DNA of 64,000 nucleotides. Origin: an uncultured archaeon. GTDB taxonomy: Archaea > Asgardarchaeota > Heimdallarchaeia > Heimdallarchaeales > Heimdallarchaeaceae. The stretch is taken from contig CAZHRF010000007.1 of assembly GCA_964534625.1 (NCBI GenBank), forward strand, positions 32,120 through 96,119, read 5' to 3'. Position numbers and translations under genes: made by a program. The notes under the pieces are model-generated. The model searched no databases. It was not told the origin of the DNA and saw only the letters and a program-made list of their open reading frames with translations. Below are positions 39,223 to 49,490 of this stretch, piece by piece (within the stretch, counting starts at the first letter, position 1; each line of letters starts with the position of its first letter).

Positions 39223-41055
39223 GTGAATATGGTAAAATTAAGATTGTATTTTAGAGGATTACTGACTTTGTCCTCGTTGTGGGGCATGGTATTCGCCTTA
39301 ATAATTGGTATAAATCTCATTATTATGTTTTTTGGAGATCCTGAAATGGCACCAATGGCATTACTTACATGGGTGCCTGTATTATTAGCATTGGGAATTG
39401 TGTTTTTTCAATTCCTTATAGGACCATTTATTATGGATTTAATGCTACGATTTGTCTACAATATGACTTGGATTGAAGTTGAACAGTTACCTCCTCATTT
39501 AAAACAATTTGTTGAACAAAAATCGCAAGAACATGGTATATCGATAAAAAAAATAGGCATGATTCATGATCAGAATCCAGAAGCCTTTACATATGGGCAT
39601 TTCAAAAAGAATGCAAGAATAGTTCTTTCGGATGGTATTCTTACATTATTAAATCCCGACGAACAAATAGCAGTAGTAGCACATGAGATGGGACATATCG
39701 CAAATAGAGATTTCTTATTCATGACAATGGCTAGTGCAGTCCCAATACTATTTTACGTTATATATTCAAGTAGTAGAGGAATAATGAGGTTTTCTAGATT
39801 TACTTCATCTAGTAGTAGCAAAGGTAAAGATAATAGTGCAGCTATAATTGTTGCAACAATGTTAATGATAATGGTTGTGTCGTATATTTTTTATTTTATC
39901 AGCCAGTTTGTGGTTCTATTCTTAAGTCGAGTGAGAGAATATTATGCAGATAATTTTTCTGGGAAAAATACTGGAAAACCCGCTTCTCTTGCAAATGCAC
40001 TGGTAAAAATTGCGTATGGATTAGTACGCACAGAATCTCATTATAGTGAACAGATTGAAAATGATAAGGTGGACAGTCGAACAAGAGTTAGTATGAATAG
40101 AAGGAGAGGATTCAGCCATGCTATTCGTTCCCTCAATATTTCCGAAGTTGGAACATCAAAAGGTTTTGTACAAACAGCATATGGAACTTCAGATATGACT
40201 GCACAACAAACAGTTCAAAAACAAGCCCCCTCAATTAATCCTGAAATTGTAGCAAAAGCTGGCGCATGGGATTTAGAGAGCCCTTGGGCTACTGTAATTG
40301 AGTTACAGTCAACTCATCCTCTAATAGCTAAAAGAATACTTGCTCTAGAAGACCAAGCAGAAGACATGAATCAACAAAGATCTTTTCCGGGGTTGGGTAC
40401 TATACAAATTAAAGGTGATTTATGGGGTAAATTTTTCGTGGATTTATTCTTAAACTATTTTGCTCCGACACTTCTTATAGCAATACCTGTTATAAGCGTA
40501 ATAGTCTCACTTATTGTTGGATACCACTTTTTATTGGGGTTAGGCATAGGTTTGATTTTATCTGGTCTCTTATGGGTTTGGCGAATATATGTAAGATTTC
40601 CAAAAGTTAAAGATCCAAAATTAATTACGGTAGAAGGTGCTATTACAGATATTACTGCCAAAGGTTTTGCGGGTGCTTCACCTATTAGAGGTAAACCAAT
40701 TAAGCTTCAGGGGATGATAATAGGCAGAGGACAAGCAGGCTATTATTTAAGCGGTGATACTGTTATAAGGGATCGCACGGGTATAATGAGATTACTTTAT
40801 AATCCAATAATTGGCTTGCTAAGACTATTTGCAGCTCTAACTAAAGTGGACAAATTAATTGGCTCTCAAGCAACAGCAATAGGTTGGTATAGACGAGCTA
40901 ATAGTCCTTATGTTGAAATAAAAAGGATTGAATCAATTGAAGGAAGAAAAATGCGTTCTTTCAGAGACACACTAAATTGGGTTTTGGTGTGGGTATTATT
41001 TGGCGTAGGATTAATCTGTATTATAAGGGTCGCTGGTATCGCTCTTGGTTTTTAA
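39223..41055 (+). CDS. htpX: M48 (HtpX-like) membrane zinc metalloprotease, long form with C-terminal OB-like domain
   Basis: PEAF, AHEMGH, SRVREYYAD and STHP; multiple TMs. Confidence 0.88.
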   Translation: MNMVKLRLYFRGLLTLSSLWGMVFALIIGINLIIMFFGDPEMAPMALLTWVPVLLALGIVFFQFLIGPFIMDLMLRFVYNMTWIEVEQLPPHLKQFVEQKSQEHGISIKKIGMIHDQNPEAFTYGHFKKNARIVLSDGILTLLNPDEQIAVVAHEMGHIANRDFLFMTMASAVPILFYVIYSSSRGIMRFSRFTSSSSSKGKDNSAAIIVATMLMIMVVSYIFYFISQFVVLFLSRVREYYADNFSGKNTGKPASLANALVKIAYGLVRTESHYSEQIENDKVDSRTRVSMNRRRGFSHAIRSLNISEVGTSKGFVQTAYGTSDMTAQQTVQKQAPSINPEIVAKAGAWDLESPWATVIELQSTHPLIAKRILALEDQAEDMNQQRSFPGLGTIQIKGDLWGKFFVDLFLNYFAPTLLIAIPVISVIVSLIVGYHFLLGLGIGLILSGLLWVWRIYVRFPKVKDPKLITVEGAITDITAKGFAGASPIRGKPIKLQGMIIGRGQAGYYLSGDTVIRDRTGIMRLLYNPIIGLLRLFAALTKVDKLIGSQATAIGWYRRANSPYVEIKRIESIEGRKMRSFRDTLNWVLVWVLFGVGLICIIRVAGIALGF

Positions 41056-41220
41056 TCTCTTTGTGCTTTAACCTTACAAATCCTTTTTTTCTCTTTTTCA
41101 AGTTAAATTTAGAGAGTAACTATTCTTCTATTTTTTTTATGTTAAACAATAAAGAAGTGCTAATACTCAATATTTAAATATAGACCATAGAACTTTTGTT
41201 TGTTATTAGGTGAAATATAT

Positions 41221-42174
41221 ATGAGTGAAGATGAAAAGTCTGATGTTCATTCAGAGGAAGTTACAGAAGAAGAAACTAAAGAAGAAACAATTTTAGAAAA
41301 ATATCAGAAGGCAGGAAATGTAGCCAAAAATATTCTTCAATCATTGAAAGAAATGGCTAAACCTGGCGTTAAGGTAATGGATTTATGTAAAAAAGCTGAT
41401 GATATGATTGCGGAAGCAAACATGAAACCAGCATTTCCTCTAAATGTGTCAATCAACAATCATTGTGCCCATTATACAGCTGCATGGAAAGATGAGTTGG
41501 TGCTTAAAGAAGAAGATATAGTTAAATTAGATTGTGGGGTTCATTATGATGGATACATTGCAGATACAGCTCTCACAATAGCTTTTGATGACGTTCATAA
41601 CGATTTAATAAAAGCTTCCCAAGAAGCAACTAATACTGCTGTAAAGTTCATCAGAGCAGGAGGTTACACAGGTAAATTAGGCGATTTGATTGAAAATATC
41701 ATCGAAGGAGCTGGTTTTACAAGTGTTAAAGATCTCTCTGGTCATCTATTAATGCAATATACTTTACATGGGCCAAAACAAGTACCCTGTGTTTCAGGAC
41801 GTCAAGGAGACCTGATTCTCCAAGATGAAGCATATGCAATAGAAACATTTGCTTCAACAGGTGCAGGACAATCACATGCTGATAAAACCAAAATGTACAT
41901 AGTTCAATTAGCTGAAGGAAGATTTCCATTAAGAACCAGAGCAGCAAAGGATGTACTTAATCTAATGGATAGAGAATATCATCGATTACCAGTTGCAACA
42001 AGATGGATATATAAAGAATTAGGCGCTGCAAAAGCAAAAATGGGTATAAGAGAATTAGAAATGAAAGGTGCGTTATACAGACACTATGTTTTATGTGATA
42101 CAAAAGAAGCTATGGTATCGCAGCATGAGCATACTGTCTATATAAGTGAAGAAGGACCGATACAAACAACATAA
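41221..42174 (+). CDS. map: Methionine aminopeptidase type II
   Basis: AFP, CAHY, DCGVHYDGYIADTA, GH, AIETF and QHEHT; AGGTGA RBS before ATG 41221. Confidence 0.95.
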   Translation: MSEDEKSDVHSEEVTEEETKEETILEKYQKAGNVAKNILQSLKEMAKPGVKVMDLCKKADDMIAEANMKPAFPLNVSINNHCAHYTAAWKDELVLKEEDIVKLDCGVHYDGYIADTALTIAFDDVHNDLIKASQEATNTAVKFIRAGGYTGKLGDLIENIIEGAGFTSVKDLSGHLLMQYTLHGPKQVPCVSGRQGDLILQDEAYAIETFASTGAGQSHADKTKMYIVQLAEGRFPLRTRAAKDVLNLMDREYHRLPVATRWIYKELGAAKAKMGIRELEMKGALYRHYVLCDTKEAMVSQHEHTVYISEEGPIQTT

Positions 42175-42300
42175 AAACACTTTTTTTTTCTCAATTATTA
42201 TTTCGATTCAATTTCTGTGCGATTGTCTCTAGTTTTCAATTTTTTTTTCGAGAGTAAAATCTTATAAGCATTAGACGAACTAAAGGATATTCGATGTTTA

Positions 42301-43473
42301 TTGATGAGTATAATGATAGAAGTGTACAGATTAGCTTATTTCGTTTTAATTCTGATATGTTGGATCTATTTTCTCTATCTATTAAAAACAAATATTCCAT
42401 TCAACAATAAGATAGAAAATTTACCACCTGTTTCAATTATTGTTCCCACGTTAAATGAAGAAAAAAATATCGAAAGATGCCTTAAAAGTTTAACTCACTT
42501 GGATTACCCTAATAAAGAAATCATAGTTGTTGATGGTGGGTCAATTGATAATACAGTTCAACTAAGTGAGTGTCTCGCAGATATTGTTATACTAGATGAA
42601 GAGTTACCAAATGATTGGGTAGGCAAAAACCACAGTTGTTATTTAGGCTATCAAGCAAGTAAGGGGGACTATTTACTTTTCACAGATGCAGATACGCATC
42701 ATGAATCTGAGTCTCTGAAAAAAACTATAGGGTTATTAATGAACTCTGAAGCCATATTATTGTCTATGCTACCTTTTCAAAAAGCTGAAAAATGGTATGA
42801 ATATCTTATTAGTTATTTCTTTTTCCTTAGCTGGTTGGTGGGGGGATCGTTAGGACAAATAAATAAAAAAGAAAACAAACACTCCTTTATGGCTATAGGA
42901 CAGTATATGCTTTTCAAGAGAGAAGGATATGAGAGAATAGGTGGTCATTTTGCTATTTCATCTATAATATTAGAAGACGTGGCTTTTGCACGATTAGTAA
43001 AAGACAAAGGTGAGGGGTTATTATTCATCAATTCAGATCAATTAGTCTCTTGTAGAATGTATCCTGAAGGGTTTAAGTCATTTTATCAAGGATTCCACAA
43101 AGGTATTTGGGGTGGCATGACCACACTGCCTGTGAAAAGAAAAATATTTTCGTTTTTATGGGTTTTATACGGTTTATTCGCGCCAATTGTTTTGATTATA
43201 GATATGATTAATTTGAGAACAAGAGAATCAATAGTAATTTTGATTATCACTATTCTGCTTTATTTTACATTTGGTTTTGCTTTTTGGTTGAATTGGAAGG
43301 ATAGAGGTGATCAACATTTGTTGCAGTATATTTTGTATCCTATCGGATTGCTTGTAATTGTTATCATTATCGCTAAATCCTTTTTTGATGCTATAACTGG
43401 GCAAGATGTGGTCTGGAAAGGTAGAGCATATGATTCGGGTTTTCTCAAATACAAAATGAAAAATGAAAAATGA
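42301..43473 (+). CDS. GT2 family membrane glycosyltransferase
   Basis: VSIIVP..NEE, VVDGGS, WVGK, FTDAD, GQY, ED, CRMY and WKGR. Confidence 0.9.
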   Translation: MMSIMIEVYRLAYFVLILICWIYFLYLLKTNIPFNNKIENLPPVSIIVPTLNEEKNIERCLKSLTHLDYPNKEIIVVDGGSIDNTVQLSECLADIVILDEELPNDWVGKNHSCYLGYQASKGDYLLFTDADTHHESESLKKTIGLLMNSEAILLSMLPFQKAEKWYEYLISYFFFLSWLVGGSLGQINKKENKHSFMAIGQYMLFKREGYERIGGHFAISSIILEDVAFARLVKDKGEGLLFINSDQLVSCRMYPEGFKSFYQGFHKGIWGGMTTLPVKRKIFSFLWVLYGLFAPIVLIIDMINLRTRESIVILIITILLYFTFGFAFWLNWKDRGDQHLLQYILYPIGLLVIVIIIAKSFFDAITGQDVVWKGRAYDSGFLKYKMKNEK

Positions 43474-43574
43474 ATAATGAATAATATATACACTTGTGTT
43501 TTATTTTAAAATGAGAGCAAAATAATATAAACAACCATATTTAATAAATATATTATACGAAACTAAATTAAACG

Positions 43575-44786
43575 GTGAATAAAATGGATGTAGCCCTATT
43601 AATAGCCCTTAATACTATCTATGGTATTTTAGCTGCTATCTCTTTTGTTTACCTAGGGTACCTTCTATATAGAAATAAAGCTGGTAACTATCCTCTTTTA
43701 GAGGATGAACAACTGCCTTTTGTTTCTATAATTGTTCCCACATATTATGAAGAAGATAATATTGAAAGATGCCTTGAAAGTTTATCTAAACTCGACTATC
43801 CAAAAAATGAGATTATAGTTGTAGATGGAGGAAGCAAAGACCGTACAGTCAGTAGGGCTATGAGATATGCTGATACAATAATAGTTGATTCTACGTTACC
43901 TGAAGGATGGATAGGAAAAAGTTATGGTTGCCATTTAGGGTATCAAGTCGCTAAAGGTGATTTGTTTTTATTTACTGATGCTGACACATATCATGAACCA
44001 GAATCACTTAAACACGCTGTTTCTACTTTAAAAGGTTCAAATTCTATGATGTTGACATTGTTGCCCTATCAAAAAGCAGAACGATGGTATGAATATCTAT
44101 TAGGGTATTACTTTTTCCTTTCATGGCTTGTTGCTGGCGCAATAGAAGAAATTAATGATGTCAATAATCCAAATGCATTTTTAGCAATAGGTCAGTATTT
44201 ACTCTTTGAAAAAGAATGCTATGAAGGATTAAATGGTCATGTGTCAATATATACTTCAATAGTTGAAGATTTAGCTCTTGCAAAAAGATGTAAGAAAATG
44301 GGCTATAAGATGCACTTTATGAAGTCTAGAAAATTAGTTAAATGTAGAATGCATCCAGGGGGAATACAAAGTTTATTAGAAGGCTTCAATAAGTCTATAA
44401 TTGGGGGATTTCAGACACTTAGTAAACGTAGAGTAATGTATGCTACTTTTTGGATAATCAATGGCATATCTGCACCAGTATTTGTAGCTCTAGCTGTTCT
44501 CTATCGACCATATAAACCAATAGGCATTACATTTAATGTGGTTCTCTATTTAGTCTATGCTGTTACTCTAACTTTTTATTGGATACATAAAGGTGATTCA
44601 AATCCTGTTTTTTCTTTACTTTATCCTATTGGGTTACTGGTGGTTATTATATCAGCCATAGTTGCTTTAGTCTATCTTATAACGGGTACTGCTATTAAAT
44701 GGAAAAATAGAACCTATGCTATAAAAAAAGATAAGAAAACCAAAAAATCAGAAAAAGAACAAGATAAAGTTGACTTACAAACATAG
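43575..44786 (+). CDS. GT2 family membrane glycosyltransferase (tandem paralogue)
   Basis: Same motif set as the upstream gene; shared PxQKAExWYEYL..YxFFLSWLV. Confidence 0.9.
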   Translation: MNKMDVALLIALNTIYGILAAISFVYLGYLLYRNKAGNYPLLEDEQLPFVSIIVPTYYEEDNIERCLESLSKLDYPKNEIIVVDGGSKDRTVSRAMRYADTIIVDSTLPEGWIGKSYGCHLGYQVAKGDLFLFTDADTYHEPESLKHAVSTLKGSNSMMLTLLPYQKAERWYEYLLGYYFFLSWLVAGAIEEINDVNNPNAFLAIGQYLLFEKECYEGLNGHVSIYTSIVEDLALAKRCKKMGYKMHFMKSRKLVKCRMHPGGIQSLLEGFNKSIIGGFQTLSKRRVMYATFWIINGISAPVFVALAVLYRPYKPIGITFNVVLYLVYAVTLTFYWIHKGDSNPVFSLLYPIGLLVVIISAIVALVYLITGTAIKWKNRTYAIKKDKKTKKSEKEQDKVDLQT

Positions 44787-44920
44787 TAAATAGCAAGGAA
44801 AATGAGATGTTCATGATTTTCTTTTCTTTTCTTTTGAAAGTCTTGAACAAACACACATATTAACCAATAAAAACCAATAAAATGAAATAAAAGTTAAAAA
44901 GTGTGTGCCCAAGTCAATGT

Positions 44921-46411
44921 ATGAAATATATTTTGTCTATTGATCAAGGGACTACAGGTACTCGAGCTATGCTGTTTGATAAAAGCGGTAAAGAAATTGC
45001 TAAAGCATACGAGGAGCACGAACAGATTTATCCAAAACCTGGATGGGTGGAACACTCACCATTAGAAATTTGGCAAAAAACCCTTTCAGTCATAAAAGAG
45101 GCAGTAAAAGAAGCTAATATAGATTATAATTCCATAGAGAGTATAGGAATAACTAATCAGCGTGAAACGGTTATAGCATGGGACAAAAAGAGCGACGAAC
45201 CTTTACATAATGCAATTGTATGGCAATGTAGAAGAACATCAAAAATGTGTTCAGAATTAAAACAACAAGGCTATGAAAAATTAGTCCAATCTAAAACAGG
45301 GCTCGTTTTGGATCCTTACTTTTCAGGCACAAAAATAAAATGGCTATTGGATCATAGTAAGAAAATTAACAAATGTCTGGAAAAAGGCGATTTGGCAGTA
45401 GGTACAATTGATTCATGGTTAATATGGAAGTTAACAGGTAAACACATTACTGAACATTCTAATGCCTCAAGAACGCTTCTCTATAATATTCATAATTGTT
45501 CGTGGGATGATGATCTCCTTGAGATGTTAGGTGTTCCTAGATCTATTTTACCTGAAATACGTCCTTCAAGTGATCCGAATTATTATGGATTTACAAAAAA
45601 AGAGTTATTTGGAATTGAGATACCTGTCAGTGGATGTGCAGGGGATCAACAAGCGGCACTATTTGGGCAGAATTGTTTCAAAGAAGGCGAAGTCAAAAAC
45701 ACATATGGAACTGGTAACTTTCTATTAATGAATACTGGAAAAGAAGCTGTTTCGTCAGACAGCGGATTATTGACAACTGTTGCATGGAATATAGACAATG
45801 AAACTTACTATGCTCTAGAAGGGAGTATATTTAATACTGGTTCTGTTATTCAATGGCTTGAAAAAGGATTAAGAGTGTTAGAAAATAAGGAAACACTTGT
45901 AGAGGTGATGAACACTTATCCAGATACAAAAGATGTGTATTTTGTTCCCGCATTTGCTGGATTGGGGGCTCCTTATTGGGATCCATATGCAAGAGGTACA
46001 TTAATGGGAATTACTGGTGGTACTAGCAGAGAACATGTTATCCGCGCTGCGTTAGAATCCATAGTTTATCAATCACAAGCTGTTTTTGATGCAATGGAAA
46101 AAGATTCTAATATCTCGATTAAATTATTAAGAGTTGATGGTGGAGTAACAAATTGTGAGCCGGTATTACAATTTCAAGCTGATATCTCAAATGTAACAGT
46201 GCAAAAACCAGTGGTAAGTGAAACTACAGCTTTAGGTGCTGCATATTTGGCTGGGTTGGCTACTGGTTATTGGGCGAGTTTAGATGATATTAAAAAGAAC
46301 TTTTTAATTGAATGTGAATACTCACCAAAAATGGATAAAGATGAGGTTGAAACAAGGTTGAGTAGATGGAAACAAGCGGTAGAAAGAGCAAAGCAATGGG
46401 CAAAGGATTGA
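44921..46411 (+). CDS. glpK: Glycerol kinase
   Basis: IDQGTT, TNQRET, WQCRR, YFSGTK, GDQQAALFG, KNTYGTG and VDGG. Confidence 0.97.
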   Translation: MKYILSIDQGTTGTRAMLFDKSGKEIAKAYEEHEQIYPKPGWVEHSPLEIWQKTLSVIKEAVKEANIDYNSIESIGITNQRETVIAWDKKSDEPLHNAIVWQCRRTSKMCSELKQQGYEKLVQSKTGLVLDPYFSGTKIKWLLDHSKKINKCLEKGDLAVGTIDSWLIWKLTGKHITEHSNASRTLLYNIHNCSWDDDLLEMLGVPRSILPEIRPSSDPNYYGFTKKELFGIEIPVSGCAGDQQAALFGQNCFKEGEVKNTYGTGNFLLMNTGKEAVSSDSGLLTTVAWNIDNETYYALEGSIFNTGSVIQWLEKGLRVLENKETLVEVMNTYPDTKDVYFVPAFAGLGAPYWDPYARGTLMGITGGTSREHVIRAALESIVYQSQAVFDAMEKDSNISIKLLRVDGGVTNCEPVLQFQADISNVTVQKPVVSETTALGAAYLAGLATGYWASLDDIKKNFLIECEYSPKMDKDEVETRLSRWKQAVERAKQWAKD

Positions 46412-46538
46412 AAAATGAATCATATTTAAAATAGATTAACCTTTGATTTATTTTTTTTATTTGTCGTACTACAAAACCTTTTTTTTATGAGAAACAAACT
46501 ACTATTAGAGCAAGTGAAATTCAAAAAGAGAGGTAAAT

Positions 46539-46913
46539 ATGAATTTAAATCAATATTTTGACCCAGATTGGGAGAAAAAAATTAAGCAAAGAATTAAAGA
46601 CGAGAAAGAGCGCGATAGAAAATTACATGAATCGGTAGCAAAAATGAGAAAGCAAGAGGTGAACTTTCCGGGCTTTGATGGGAAGATGGAAGAGCTAATA
46701 GATGGTATAAGAACCATCCCTAATTACCAGTTAGTAAAGGGTTTTATAAGAGAAAAAATTTTACCTAATAAGCCTAGCATTACTTATCGTGAACTAGCTT
46801 TAAACGCAAATGTTCATCCTGGGGTGGCATTAGTTATTATGTATGATTTATACAACGATAAGTTGGAACAAGAACTAAAAGAAATGGAAGAAGATCAAGC
46901 TGTTTCTCATTAA
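46539..46913 (+). CDS. Hypothetical protein with putative winged-helix motif
   Basis: GAGGT RBS; ITYRELALNANVHPGVALVIMYDL HTH-like segment. Confidence 0.6.
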   Translation: MNLNQYFDPDWEKKIKQRIKDEKERDRKLHESVAKMRKQEVNFPGFDGKMEELIDGIRTIPNYQLVKGFIREKILPNKPSITYRELALNANVHPGVALVIMYDLYNDKLEQELKEMEEDQAVSH

Positions 46914-46948
46914 AAGACTAAAAGCCATTTGAAGAAATTGAAATAGAC

Positions 46949-47674
46949 TTACAATCCCTTCTTTAATCTTTCAACTAATGAGAAGGGAAGATCCAATCTT
47001 TTCATCTTTTTTTCAAGGGGATCAAGATTATAATTTAAATGAATTAATTCTGCCTTAAAGTTATTAAAGTCAAGGATACCATAAAAAGCACCAGAAACGC
47101 CATGGCGAGGTTGACCAACTGATCCAGGGTTCATAAACAATTGGGAACCTTCATTTAATTTTGCCGTTACTGGAGAATGTGTGTGACCAACCAGTAAAAT
47201 ATCTGTTTTTGCCACATTAAAACAATTCACTAAGTCTGTTGTTTGATATTTATTCTCAATTTTATATGCAGTATAAGGAAGCAGATAGTCAAACGGATTA
47301 TTTGGTTTGCCATGGACAAGATAGACTGATTTATCATTGTATTCTATTGTTTTTTCATAGGATAGTGAAGAGAGCCACTCTAAATTTTCATTGGATAGTT
47401 GTGATTTAGTCCAATGAATCATTTGCTTTGCTGTGGGAGTGAAATAGTTTATATCTAACTTTTCTATTACTCCTGCATCATGATTACCCATGATGCTTAT
47501 TGAGCAGTTTTCTTTAACCAACTCTATACATTCATTAGGCCATGCATAATAGCCTACGATATCTCCAAGACAAATGATCTCTTCTATGTTGTTCCTGTTT
47601 TTAATATCAGATAAAACTTTTTTCAAAGCTGGAAGATTCGAGTGAATATCTGAAATCACAGCTATTTTTGTCAT
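46949..47674 (-). CDS. Calcineurin-like metallophosphoesterase
   Basis: SDIHSN, LGDIVGY, GNHD, VHG, GHTH and NPGSVGQPR; start at MTKIA (47674). Confidence 0.92.
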   Translation of the reverse strand: MTKIAVISDIHSNLPALKKVLSDIKNRNNIEEIICLGDIVGYYAWPNECIELVKENCSISIMGNHDAGVIEKLDINYFTPTAKQMIHWTKSQLSNENLEWLSSLSYEKTIEYNDKSVYLVHGKPNNPFDYLLPYTAYKIENKYQTTDLVNCFNVAKTDILLVGHTHSPVTAKLNEGSQLFMNPGSVGQPRHGVSGAFYGILDFNNFKAELIHLNYNLDPLEKKMKRLDLPFSLVERLKKGL

Positions 47675-47724
47675 ATTAACTAAAGACTGAAAAACTTTTA
47701 TTTTATATCTTCTCATAGCAATCA

Positions 47725-48645
47725 ATGAAATTTAAGACAAAAGTGGGGTCAATAGAATTAAGAAACCCATTAATTCTATCTTCTGGTGTGTTAGGAAGTT
47801 CTTATTCTTCTTTAGAAAAAATGTATAATGATGGAATGGGTGCTGTTATAACTAAAAGTATTGGACCAAGATCAAGAGAAGGTAACCCTAACCCTAGTGT
47901 TTTTGCATTAAGTAATATAAAAAGCATGGTGAATTCAGTTGGATTGGCAAATCCTGGGTATAAAGAATATTCGCATGATTTGGAAAAATTGATGAAAAAA
48001 AATGTTCCTACAATAGTTTCAATATTTGGTAGTAATTTGGAAGAGTTTAGCGAGGTATTGGAAGGGATGAAAAATATGCCTACACTAGGTTTTGAACTCA
48101 ATTTGAGCTGTCCTAATACAGAAAAAGAAGGCATGTCGCTTGGAACAGATCCTGATATTGTTTATGAAATAACTTCTGAATTAAGAAAAAGGACTAAAAA
48201 GCCACTTTGGATTAAACTCACCCCAAATGTAACCGATATGATTGAAATAGCGGAAGCAGGTGTTAAAGGGGGGTGTGATGCTATAGTTGCAATTAACACT
48301 TTGAAAGCAATGGTTATTGATATCCATACAGCAAAACCCGTATTAGGTTTTAAAAGAGGAGGCTTATCTGGTTCTGCTATTAAGCCTGTAGGAGTACGAT
48401 ATGTATATGATCTATATGAACGTTTTAAAGATCAAGTACCAATAATTGGCGTTGGAGGAATAACAGATTACAAGGATGTAATTGAGTATATTTTAGCTGG
48501 AGCACAAGCTGTAGAAATAGGTACTGCACTAGGCGTGGCATATCCTGGCAATAAAATTAGATTATGGTTACAAAAAATAGGCCAATTTTTAGAAGAAAGA
48601 GAAATGAAATCGATAGAAGAGCTAGTAGGAGGTGCTCATGAATGA
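47725..48645 (+). CDS. pyrD: Dihydroorotate dehydrogenase (family 1B catalytic subunit)
   Basis: ITKS, NSVGLANPG, ELNLSCPN, KLTPN, INT and GGLSG. Confidence 0.95.
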   Translation: MKFKTKVGSIELRNPLILSSGVLGSSYSSLEKMYNDGMGAVITKSIGPRSREGNPNPSVFALSNIKSMVNSVGLANPGYKEYSHDLEKLMKKNVPTIVSIFGSNLEEFSEVLEGMKNMPTLGFELNLSCPNTEKEGMSLGTDPDIVYEITSELRKRTKKPLWIKLTPNVTDMIEIAEAGVKGGCDAIVAINTLKAMVIDIHTAKPVLGFKRGGLSGSAIKPVGVRYVYDLYERFKDQVPIIGVGGITDYKDVIEYILAGAQAVEIGTALGVAYPGNKIRLWLQKIGQFLEEREMKSIEELVGGAHE

Positions 48646-49490
48646 AATTGGGGCAGTTTGGTGGACAGCCTGTAATTTGTAAAATACAAAAGATAAGAAA
48701 TGAATGTAATGACACTAAAGTATTCTATTTAGAAACTCCGTTTAAAATTGAAAACGTTATTCCAGGCCAATTTGTAATGCTTTGGGTTCCTGGTGTAGAT
48801 GAATATCCCCTAGGCGTGGCTGGATACAAGCAGAATGTCTTAGAAATCGGGGTGGCGAGAGTGGGAGAAGGAACTGAAGCTCTATTTGCTATGAAAGAAG
48901 GAGAAAAAGTGGGAATAAGAGGTTTTTTTGGAAAGGGTTTTAAACCAACTAAAAATGTTGCACGCGTAATTATTGGTGGTGGATTTGGTATGCCACCACT
49001 AAAGTTTCTTTTATGTGATCTTCTTAAGAGAAATGAAAATGAACCTATTCATGTATTTCAAGGGGCAAAAACAAAATCTAAATTGATGTACATAGATTTG
49101 ATGGAAAAATTGCATGATGATAAAATTATTGTTTTTCATGGATGTACAGATGATGGTTCATATGGATACCAGGGTTTTCCTACTCTAGATTTTGTAAAAT
49201 TTCTAGAAGACTATGATGAACCAGTAGAGTTGTATGTTGCTGGACCAGAAAAGATGATGAAAGCAATATTTGATTTGGGTAAGAAATATCCTCAAGTAGT
49301 AGATATGCAAATGAGTTTAGCAGATCGTCATATGCGATGTGGTTATGGTGTTTGTGGTGCGTGTGTTGTAGATCCAACAGGGGATAGAATATGTATAGAC
49401 GGACCTGTGTTTAATACCAAACAATTGGAGAAAATAACTGATTTCGGTAAATATGCAAGAAAAGCAAGTGGTGAAAAGGAGCCAATATAA
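48642..49490 (+). CDS. pyrK: Dihydroorotate dehydrogenase electron transfer subunit
   Basis: PGQFVMLW, GGGFG and MRCGYGVCGAC...CIDGPVF; ATGA overlap with pyrD. Confidence 0.93.
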   Translation: MKLGQFGGQPVICKIQKIRNECNDTKVFYLETPFKIENVIPGQFVMLWVPGVDEYPLGVAGYKQNVLEIGVARVGEGTEALFAMKEGEKVGIRGFFGKGFKPTKNVARVIIGGGFGMPPLKFLLCDLLKRNENEPIHVFQGAKTKSKLMYIDLMEKLHDDKIIVFHGCTDDGSYGYQGFPTLDFVKFLEDYDEPVELYVAGPEKMMKAIFDLGKKYPQVVDMQMSLADRHMRCGYGVCGACVVDPTGDRICIDGPVFNTKQLEKITDFGKYARKASGEKEPI

